Below, piece by piece: positions 44,123-64,000 of a stretch of DNA of 64,000 nucleotides (the stretch's first letter is position 1; every line of letters begins with the position of its first letter). The notes under the pieces were generated by a model. The model was not told where the DNA came from and made no database searches. It was given only the letters and a program-made list of their open reading frames with translations. The DNA is from the human T2T-CHM13v2.0 reference genome, Homo sapiens. The translations under genes and the position numbers were made by a program. The stretch lies in assembly GCF_009914755.1 (NCBI RefSeq), contig NC_060938.1, one strand, 5' to 3'.

Positions 44123-44396
44123 TTTGTGAGTGTTTTGTTTTGTTGGTACTAGACTATTTTAAAAGAGAAATTATCTTTTAAATATTAGAAGGAGGTGATA
44201 GAAATGTTTCAGATTAGGGATCTAACAAGATATAATAGCTAAGGTAATGTGAGTCATGACTGGATCTTAGATTTAGGTGGCAGTGAGGGGAGAGGAATCA
44301 TAAAGGACATTTTTTGGATGACTAGGGAAATGTGTGTGAGGGCTGCAAATCAATATTGATTTTCTTAGGTGTGTGATCATGTATGGGTATGTCCTT

Positions 44397-47854
<3,458 letters not shown>

Positions 47855-48041
47855 TTCTTCTTGGGAAATGCAAACTTAAGTATTTAGGGTGAACTGTCAT
47901 GATGTCTGGGGCCTGCTTTAAGATGATTTGGCAAAAGGTTTACGTGTGTATATGGAGGGAGATGTCGATAAAATAAGTGTCATAAAGACATTAAGTAGAT
48001 GAATCAACATGTTCACTGCATAATTCTTTTGGGTTCAAAAA

Positions 48042-51172
<3,131 letters not shown>

Positions 51173-51216
51173 TATAGCAGCCCAGCCATGCTGATTAATT
51201 CAAGTTGAAGCAAAAG

Positions 51217-52338
<1,122 letters not shown>

Positions 52339-52635
52339 TATTATTACTATTTTTGTAGGCTAATAGTTTCTTTGAATTCATATGCAAATTCAGGTTATTC
52401 ATATCATAGTTTTAAAATGAAGTGATATACACTTAAATCTTACTGGCTAAGAAATCCTTTAATTCAGCTCTAAAATGTAAAAGAAGGGGCATTAAAAACT
52501 CTTTAACTTGTAGCAGACGTATCTATAATAAATTTTATGAAAGTGAGATTCTGCGGCAAACAGAGGCAGGTGTGATAAATTATTTAAGGGCTAATCCCAT
52601 TTCATTTGACTGCGGTGAAAAAACTTGCTCTAGAT

Positions 52636-53158
52636 CAGTGGCTCTCAAACTTTAGTACAGTCATGCATGGCGTAATAGGATTATGTTCTGAAGAATGTGT
52701 TGTTAGGCAATTTCATTGTCATGTGAACATCATAGAGTGTACTTACCCAAACCTAGATGGTATAGATTACACACACAGCCTATATGGCATAGCCTATTAC
52801 TCATAGGCTACAAACCCATAGAACAAGTTACTGTACTGGATACTATAGGCAATTATAACACAATGGTAAACATTTGTGTATCAAAACATAGAAAAAGTAC
52901 AGTGAAGATATGGTATTATAATCTTATGGGACCACTGTTGTATGTGCAGTCTGTTGTTGACCAAAATGCCATTATGTGGCACACAGCTGTACTAACATAG
53001 GGACTGTAAAAATACAGATTTAAAAATACAGATTGCCAGGTAATACTCCCAGATTTCTGGTTCAGTAGGTCTGGGATGGGTCCCAATAATCTGCATTTCT
53101 AACAAGTTCCCAGGTAAGGTATACACTGCTGGTTTGAAAACCAGTTTGAGAACCACCA
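52636..53158. mobile_element. MER5A-like hAT element (split by Tigger3)
   Basis: cagtggctctcaaactt / tttgagaaccac TIRs; 8-bp TSD ctctagat/ctctaaat. Confidence 0.7.
52658..52989 (+). mobile_element. Tigger3/MER7-type non-autonomous DNA transposon nested in MER5A
   Basis: cagtcatgc...cacagctg ends, with TA on both sides. Confidence 0.75.
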
Positions 53159-53289
53159 CTCTAAATCAGTAACATCACTGGTTGGAATAACTGTTAGCAA
53201 TTCTTTCTTGTAGCAGGTTTAAGACATATTAACTTTTAAACTGTTTCAAAACTCATGTATATATGGAAAATTTAAAATAAAAATAATCA

Positions 53290-53493
<204 letters not shown>

Positions 53494-53879
53494 CTAAAAT
53501 TCTTGTTGGCACTCAGTGAGTCTAATAGATATTCACTGGACCCCTTCCTGATTCTGTCCAGCCCATCAGTGGGCTGGACACAATTCATAAATACATAGGA
53601 ACTTCTTGAAACCATTCTAGAATATATTTCTGATTCTGTAACTTAGAAACAGCTTAATAGGTAATATGTGTACTAGATTATGCACTACTCATAAATCTAA
53701 CAAAAGTCTTTTGGCAGTGTCAGAAGGCAGAATTTATATGAGTAAATAGACTTTTAAGAGAAAAAAAGAACTACAATGGAAAGGATTTAGTTGCAGTTCA
53801 TACATTTGTGTTCATGCAACTATATTATAATGTTTTATCATTCTCTAAGCAGAAATTTATACACATCCATATAGGCAAT

Positions 53880-54125
53880 ACAGCATATTGGTTAAAATGG
53901 AGGCTCCGGAGTCAAAATGTCTCAGTTTGAGTCCTAGATCCATCACTTACTAGCTGTGTGACTGTGGGCAAATTATTTAACTCCTCTAGAGTGCCTTAGT
54001 TTCCTCGTTTGTAACACTACTGCATCTCTCAGGGCTATTGTGACATTAACACAAAGCAACATGCAAAGTGCTTACCACAGTACCTGTCAAATAGTAAATG
54101 CTCAATAAATGTTAGTTATTATTAG
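53880..54125 (+). mobile_element. MIR
   Basis: cacttactagctgtgtgac..gggcaaattatttaac...gtaaatgctcaataaatgttag. Confidence 0.7.
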
Positions 54126-54683
54126 TGTGGTCTTTTAACAATAATATTTTAATCAGACAACATACAAAGTAAATGCATTTTCAAATAAAGGCAGAAAACA
54201 TTCACCAAAAATGCTCTCTAGAGACAAGCATTACAGAACACCAAATTTTATATATATATACATATTTATGTATTGATAGAATACATATATGTATACATCT
54301 TACAGATGCAATGTAAATCTCAATAGGTTGTATCTACCCATGGCAAATGATAAGACTGGTAATATACTTCAGTTACAAGTCAAAGGTTAATGGATAAAAA
54401 TTCTTAGTGATTTCATATATGAAATAAAGTTGAGATTTTAAATTTTGTACTATGAAAGTAAAGATCAGTCTGGTATGTTCTACAAAATAAATATGTATAT
54501 TATGGTAGTGATCTTCAAAGCAAAATTTGAGAAATAATGGCATAATTTTATGGCAATCTTTAGATTTGGCATATGTGGGAAAAACAGGACTGAAGTAGGT
54601 GAAGTTTTATAAAGAGCAGAGGCTAAATTTTGGGAGGAAATAAAAGGTAGGTAGTAGGAGCTATTAAGAATATATAAGAAGAG

Positions 54684-55468
<785 letters not shown>

Positions 55469-56298
55469 TTACCCAGGATAGAGTGCTGGAACAGCTTTAT
55501 AAGTATGTTCTGTTATACCTTCAAGCTGTATTATGAACCCAAAAGTGGATAGAGAGGAATGCCATTCATAAAAAAGTCTCAAGGTATAATGTAATCCCAT
55601 GTTTAGAAACTATATTGTTAGCAGGTTAGGATAACAGAGAAGTTAAAATATAAAAAGATTATGTTTACTCATCCCCAAGATTACTGTTGTATTTAACAAC
55701 AATGACTAAAAAAGCACTTTACAAGACAATTTTAAAGGAAAGTTAATAAATCTACTAGTCATTTCAACTGGAGTTTTACAAGCATATAATACAAAGCAGG
55801 TGCAGCATTTATTCAGGCTAGTCAAACATCTTTTAGAAAAAGCATGCTTGGAAGTACCCTTTACTTATTTGGTAGAAAAAAGATTGAAGGCTGTCACACA
55901 AAGTAAAATGGGAGGCTTAATGTCTCCATGTCATTCTCCAGCATTTATATTGGGAAGAGGAATACAGTGGCTTAAGGCAAACAAACAAAGCAGGCAAAAT
56001 ACAGAAATTAAATTAAACTGTAACTACAATTATTTTCTGAAATGAATATATTAAATAAAAATGAGACCAAATTTAGTGCAAGGAGTGAGTGCACCAGCTG
56101 GAGAAGGTTAGGAAGGATTTGCTTATATTGGTATCAAATAAACACCACGAAACATGCTACACATACTGGACTTAGCATTAATGGTTCGCTTAAAAAAAGA
56201 GATGCAGAGGAAAACAAACATCTACAACCAAAAAATGACACAAAGAAACAGCACCGCAAAACTCAAAAAAAGTTAGGAATCAAGGGTCAGGGACCTAC

Positions 56299-56325
56299 CA
56301 ACACAGAATTATCCAACAAGATCTC
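56299..56325 (-). CDS. HEATR5A: Candidate alternative 27-nt in-frame microexon of HEATR5A (EILLDNSVL)
   Basis: tttgtttttgtgcag|GAGATCTTGTTGGATAATTCTGTGTTG|gtaggt in a phase-0 intron, with no stop codon. Confidence 0.55.
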
Positions 56326-57240
56326 CTGCACAAAAACAAATGACACACCAGTCATGACAAAACCAAAAGATAAATATTAGGATGACTTTGACAACAGTCA
56401 GCTAAGCATTAAAATATAAATGTTGATAGTTATTATTTAAATTGGCTTAGCTTCAGCTTAAAAATTTGCCACAAATATTTTATTTTCCAACAAAATGAGT
56501 TGAGCCAAGTTTTTGAAAATAGTCAACTCAAGAACTCTAAGACGTAAATATATAATTTTAAAATGTACATGTGATTAATTTTAGGTTTTTCTTCAGAATC
56601 TCTGATTAAGCCTCAGTATCAAACCCAATCAAGTAGACATAAGTGTTGAGAGGAGTGATCTGGATTGCATTCACATGAACAGGTGTCCAGCAAGAGGCAA
56701 AGTTAATGGTTTACCTCATCAGAAGTTAATTATAGTTTAACTCTTAGAAGCCAAGTTTTAAAACTAAGAGTATTCAGAATTGCTAGTGTAGCTAAGGCCA
56801 AGTTTAGAACGGAAGTTAAAGAGCATGCAGTTAAAGGAAAATACTTCCCAGTAGGATTTTTGCCTAATGATGAAATGCAATTTCCTTACTTTGGTGAATA
56901 CTCTAAAATATAACAAATTCAATCTAATAAATTCAGAATAAATTACTAACCAAAATATTGAGACACTAAATTAATACACTATAGTGATAATTTTTGACTA
57001 TGATTGTGTATTAAAAAAATCATTTTACAGCTTGAATATTATGAGTTAACATACGATTTGTAACTGTTACTTCAGATTTTCTCACTTGCTCTAATGTACC
57101 CAAAAGAAAAGTCTGATAATATAATAATCTCTATTCTTTTTCATATGTAACTTTTTTTTTGATGCCTATTTTTTTTTCCTGCAGTAAATATGTACCCTTT
57201 TTGGATTTGGGAAGGCAAAAAGTTAATAAGTTTGATCAGA

Positions 57241-57547
57241 TTTTATTTATTTATATTTTTGAGACAGTGTCTTGCTCCATTGCCCAGGGTGGAGTGCAGT
57301 GGCGCAATCATGGCTCACTGTTGCCTCAACATCCTGGATTCAGGTGATCCTCTCACCTCAGCCTCCCAAGTAGTAGTGGGACTACAGGTGCACACCACCA
57401 TGCCCGGATAATTTTCTTAAAATTTTTTGTAGAGACAAGGTCTCAGTATGTTCCCCAGGCTGGTTTTGAACTCCTGGGCTCAAATGATCCTTCTACCTTG
57501 ACCTCCCAAAGCGCTGGAACTACAGGTATGAGCCATTGTGCCCAGCT
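57241..57547 (-). mobile_element. Alu (J-type)
   Basis: Dimer; TSD gatcagattttatt. Confidence 0.87.
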
Positions 57548-57953
57548 GATCAGATTTTATTCATCATGAATTAATGGGTTATTCTTGTTCTTCATTTCTC
57601 AATAAACTTTAATTAATAAAAAAATCATGTATCAGGTAAAGGAGAAATTTTATAGGTAATTAATGGAAATCTTCTACAAGACAAGAAGAAAAAACGGCAG
57701 TATCACTTAATTTAAATGGAGAGTAAAAGATCAAATGCAAAGGAGTGAAAAATTTTTCAATAACTGGTTTTAGGAATGACTCTTCAAATATAAAAGTAAT
57801 ATTCCTGGGGAAGAGTCCCTGAATGGTACAGGTAAAATCCTTTTCCTGTAAGTGCTGTTTTCCCTAATACATGATTGACCCAGATCTAAAAAAATACAGG
57901 AACAAAAGTTTCTATCAGAAAGTCAGTCAAATTCTCTTTTTAAAGTTTTATTG

Positions 57954-58262
<309 letters not shown>

Positions 58263-58937
58263 CTATCAGTATCAATAATTAATATAATAATATACTGTAT
58301 GTTGAAGACACATGTCAAGACAGCAAAGGCAACTACCATTATTGAGTACTAACTAAATGCCTGAGACATTTGCCTTTACAAGCAGCATTTTGTGTAATCC
58401 TCATGTTTTGCAGACAAGGTAGCTGAGGCTAGAAGAGATTACGGGACTTCCCTAAAGGTGCACAGCTAGGAGGTGGCAGAGTTGAGATAAGATCTATCCA
58501 TAAAATCTACAAAGGTAGTATGGAATAATGAAATGAGGACTGAAGGAGGAGTCCAGAAACCCACAATGTAGATTTAGCCACCACTTAGGTGAGCTAGATG
58601 TGTTACTTTATTTAACTTTTCGGTCTTCAGTTTATCTTTTTACTGAGAAGATTGGTTTTAATAATGCAAACACCATTCTACAAAAGTAGGGATAATCTAC
58701 ACGACAGATTTTTAAGATTCTGAGGTTCTTTCAAGCTCTGAAATGCTGCATATTTTGCCTCAAGCTTGAAAATGAAAGGTCTATATAATGATTTTCAACA
58801 GTCACGTTACTAATGGGAGTGTGCTACGAATACTGCAGGAGTAGAAAAATTTGAAAAGCCATGGTGCCAATTTATAATTCCAAATGCAACTCAGTTTTTG
58901 AGGCAAGTCCAGATAGAAACTGGTGACATGGTAAATC

Positions 58938-59227
<290 letters not shown>

Positions 59228-59729
59228 TTAAAACCAATGACAATGAACCACTTCAAAGGAACTTCTGGTTGATGGCCTTTATCTTTCTACATTCAGTAGA
59301 TACAATATTAGAAGCCAGATATTGATGCATATGTTGCTGGAATATTAAGGAAAAGTGTTATTTCTCCATCTGGGATGCAAAGAACTTAGAATAGATGAAA
59401 AAGAAGAAAAAAAGACAGGTGACCACATAGAGTTTTGCATGTCCTACAGCATTTATATAGTACATGGGACATTATAAGCACACAATATGTTTTCATTGAT
59501 TTATGAATAAATATTCCAAATATCAAGTACAACAATGGGAGAAAAATTAATAGAAGAGAGACTTAGGAGCTGATTGCATGAAAGCTGCCCCCTACTCCCG
59601 AAAAAGACTAGAACTGAGGGGAAATAGCTACGTATATAACACATAACTTTGTACATAGTCTAGAGTATAATTAAAATGTGTACTGGAATAAATCTAAGAT
59701 TCAAATAAAAGAAACTAAGAGCTCGTTTA

Positions 59730-59960
<231 letters not shown>

Positions 59961-59966
59961 TTACTC

Positions 59967-60036
59967 TTTAAACATATATTACAGGTTTTAAAATTTACTT
60001 CCAGTTTAAACATATATTACAGGTTTTAAAATTTAC
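59967..60036. repeat. 32-bp perfect direct duplication with a 6-bp spacer
   Basis: tttaaacatatattacaggttttaaaatttac at 59967-59998 and 60005-60036. Confidence 0.92.
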
Positions 60037-60114
60037 AGTCACTACAAATCTGTGATGTACAATTTCTTCTACAAAAGTAGGGATAATCTAAGTTACAGAT
60101 TGTTAGATTAGTTA

Positions 60115-60427
60115 TTCTTTTTTTTTTTTTTTTTTTTTTTTTTGAGACAGAGTCTCAGTCCGTTGCCCAGGCTGGAGTGCGATGGTGCCATTTCAGCTCA
60201 CAGCAACCCCCCGCTTCCGGGTTCAAGTGATTCTCCTGCCTCCGGTCTCCCGAGTAGCTGGGACTACAGGCGCACACCACCATGCCTGGCTAATTTTTCA
60301 TATTTTTAGCAGAGACGGGGTTTCACCATGTTGGCCAGGCTGGTCTCGAACTCCTGAGATTCAGTGATCCACCTGCCTCAGCTTCCCAAAGTGCTAGGAT
60401 TACAGGTGAAAGCCACTGCGCCTGACC
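60115..60427 (-). mobile_element. Alu
   Basis: Dimer; TSD ttagttattctt. Confidence 0.88.
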
Positions 60428-60725
60428 TACTTTAGTTATTCTTAATCTGAAAAGTTTATTACAACACAAATTATTAGGCAAAGAAGAACCTAAGACTATC
60501 AGTAGGTTATACCAAATGATTCTGCTTCATGTCTGTCATTTTAACTGTTAAGGAAGGCATCTTTAGGAGATATGTAATTGTCTAAATATTGTACTCTGTC
60601 TTTTCAAGGTAAGAGAAATCAGGCTGAATGGCATTTATACATTCATTTAACAAAACATACAGCACCTATCACGTGCCAAGCATACAGACTAGGAACTGAA
60701 TTCACTTTTATGTGTATTATTTTTA

Positions 60726-60989
<264 letters not shown>

Positions 60990-61269
60990 TTAAGAAACAT
61001 AAAATAAATTAACTTGTTCTTTTGTTGAAGCAAGTGATAAAGTAACAGCAAATGTGAATGCTACTACTCATGTGGAAAGAGAAATGGAGGACTTCCAACT
61101 CAGAGGCAATCATCCAATTTAGAATGATATAGTTCATCATTAAGAATTGCAAGTAATAGTTGGTACTTCAGCTAACAGTTTGAATCAAATCTAGTTTGTT
61201 GAAAAATTGTTTATTATTTAATCTATAGAAAGAATGAAAATTCAAGTTTTTAAAAAGATTCAACAAAAT

Positions 61270-61715
61270 CTACAATTACATTCAACAATATGGACAAATC
61301 TCTTGAACATAATGTTGAGTGAAGAAAACCAGACATAAAAGAATATATGTTGTATGATTCCATTTACATAAAGTATAGAAGCAAGCAAAACTAATTTATG
61401 CTGTTGCAAATTAGGATAGTGGTTATCCTTGGTGGGGGCAGGTAGTTAACTAGAAGACAGTATGAGAAGTGTGTATGGGGTATTGATAATGGACTGTTTC
61501 TTGATTTCGGGAGGTGGTTACATAATGTACTGTTTGTACATAGATATGTGCATTTATGGCAGGTGCGCACACACATGCACACACGCACACACACACACAA
61601 TGGTTTAAATGAAAAAAGACTGGTCATATACTGATAACCACTGAAGTTAGGTGATGAGTATAATAGATTCATTGCAGTATACTTTCTAATTTTGTGTACG
61701 TTTTAATGTTCTATA
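61270..61715 (+). mobile_element. Old L1 (L1M) 3' UTR fragments
   Basis: atggacaaatctc..aacataatgttgagtgaagaaaaccagacataaaagaatatatgttgtatgattccattta. Confidence 0.6.
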
Positions 61716-62619
61716 ACAAGAAGTAAATTAAAAGCTCTCTCTTCAGAAAATGAACTGAAAAAGTTTTATTCCTCTTATCAATGGATGTATAAGAAAGCTT
61801 ACAGTACTTTAAATGCTGCAAAAATGAGCTCCTATTTGTTAGGTGAGAGAGAGCAATCAAGAAAATTCAGAAATGACACTGACAGCCACAGAAAGTATAT
61901 GAATTAATCAACAAAAAAGGTATTCAATATACAACTAGGTACATTCAGAATAGACTTCTTGAAGAGAGAGAAGAAGAATATAATAGAAGCAAAAAGTACT
62001 ATATATAAAGACGGGTGAAAAATGGAAACCTTGTAAGTCAATTCAGTCAAGTACTAGATGAAGTGGAGGAGGCGAGTAGTAATATGGTAATTCAGAAGGG
62101 GAAAGCTAACTGGATTAAAGCTTGGTGAGATGGTGGTTATACTGGATCTTAAAAGACTAAAAGATGTGGAATATCAAATAGGCATGTAAGGAGAGAAGAG
62201 AAAAAGAAAAGGTAAATGTAGACATGAGAATGACATGTGGATAAATCATCTGTAGAAGTCAACACTTTGAGGTAGTAACAGAAAACATCTGTGGGGTCAG
62301 TTGATGGGACTGGAATAAAGAAGTTGATTCAAGAAGCAATAAGCACTTTGTCAAGCTTTTCTGCAGGAAAGTGGCAAGATGAAAATCTTTTAGGAAAACG
62401 AATTTAGCCTTATATCTAGAGAGAGTTCGAAAGAAAAGGACCTAAAAATGTGACGAATTAGGAGGCTATGACAGTAATTTGGCACACATTAATAAGGGAG
62501 ACAGATAAGACGACAGAAGGGGAGTAAAAGAACGGGAGAAATAAAAATCATTCCATATTTGATTAAGATAGGAGAATGATGATTTTACTGACAGAAATAG
62601 GTAAGATATGTACAACGAT

Positions 62620-62865
62620 ATGGTAAAGTGGTTAAGAACAGGAGTTTGGAGTCTATGACTTGTGTTCTTGATCTGATTCCATGATTTATTAGCTTTTCAG
62701 TTGTGAGCAAGTTGCTTAGCTTCTTAAGCCTCAGTTTTATTTCCCCATAATGGGCTATATACACCCTAATAAATTATTACAAGGACTAAAAGAATTACTA
62801 TGAGACTTAGAAGAATGTATCGTAACACCTGGTACCTATTAAGCTCTTTAAAATAGTAAATGCTG
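62620..62865 (+). mobile_element. MIR
   Basis: gtggttaaga...gagcaagttgcttagcttcttaagcctcagttt. Confidence 0.6.
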
Positions 62866-63179
62866 TTATTATTATTTATTACTATTATTATTATTTTTGA
62901 GATAGGGTCTGGCTCTGTTGCCTAGGCTGGAGCATAGTGGCACAATCTGGACTTATGGCAACCTCTGTCTCCCCGGCTCAAGCCATCCTCCCACCTCAGC
63001 CTCCTGAGTAGCTGAGACCACAGATGCATACCATCATGCCCGGCTAATTTTTGTATCTTTTGTAGAGACAGTGTTTTACCATGTTGCCCAGACTGGTCTT
63101 GAACTCCTGAGCTCAAGCAATCTGCCTGCCTCGGCATCCTGAAGTGTGAGAGTATGTGCGTGAGCCACCACTTCTAGCC
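62865..63179 (-). mobile_element. Alu (J-type)
   Basis: Dimer with a (TTA)n tail. Confidence 0.86.
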
Positions 63180-63374
63180 CAAAGCTATCATTAAGATGGA
63201 ACAGAGATACATTTTCAGAAAAACACACTGAAATTGACTTCAGACTCTGAGTGTGGGGGAAGATTTTAATTTTAAAAATCCACCAAGGTTAACAACGGCT
63301 TCCACAATTACTATGGGAGGAAACTATATTCATAAATTATTAATGTTCAATATAAACACAATCTGCATCATCTA

Positions 63375-63635
<261 letters not shown>

Positions 63636-64000
63636 CTAATGCATGTACACTGTCACTTAGGCAAAACTTTTTATATGGATAGTTGCAAAATTTAGAAATA
63701 CATTTTTGGCTAACTAATAAAAACTTCTGAAGTAACCGAAAGGCATCTTGCAAAGGAAAACATTTTGAATCAAAATGTCCTCATATTATTAATGATTAGT
63801 TTAGTATGAGCAGTTTCAATGTCTTTCATATATATACATGAAGAAGGTTTTTAAGATAAGCATTATTATTACTTTATCATTAAGTTACATTTTAAAAACT
63901 CAAATGCTGAGATACTTTAATTTCATAGAGTTTCAACTTAATTTTGATGTTAAAATTAAATAGGCTAGGTGTGGTAGCTCACGCCTGTACTCTCAGCACT

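Noticed and set aside
56042-56380. 112-aa K/T/N-rich plus-strand ORF
   Set aside because: It is a by-product of the U/G-rich intronic sequence on the opposite strand around the candidate microexon, with no recognisable domain.

Overview
Primate, almost certainly human, genomic DNA that is very rich in Alu repeats. It carries the 3' half of HEATR5A (a large HEAT-repeat protein related to HEATR5B/yeast Laa1, which act in AP-1 trafficking) on the minus strand. I traced 18 coding exons by hand from 63576 down to the stop codon at 9192. All are bounded by GT-AG and keep the frame, encoding about 1143 aa that end in ...[10 protein letters not shown]. The 3' UTR is about 1.5 kb, contains an Alu and ends near 7675. 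Other content: a full-length ATP5MC1 (ATP5G1) processed copy with an open ORF in an intron; a 5'-truncated NARS1 processed pseudogene split by nested Alu and LTR insertions; a 69-nt U3 snoRNA pseudogene; a full-length THE1 MaLR element; solo LTRs (LTR10-like, LTR28/LTR1-like, LTR16-like); Tigger1; Tigger3 inside MER5A; MIR/L1/L2 fragments; and about 70 Alus. The most interesting unexplained signals are a candidate 27-nt in-frame microexon (56299-56325, EILLDNSVL) in a repeat-free island rich in splicing motifs, and a candidate 71-nt poison exon (29159-29229). Repeat subfamily names and parent-gene comparisons come from memory, not from database searches.
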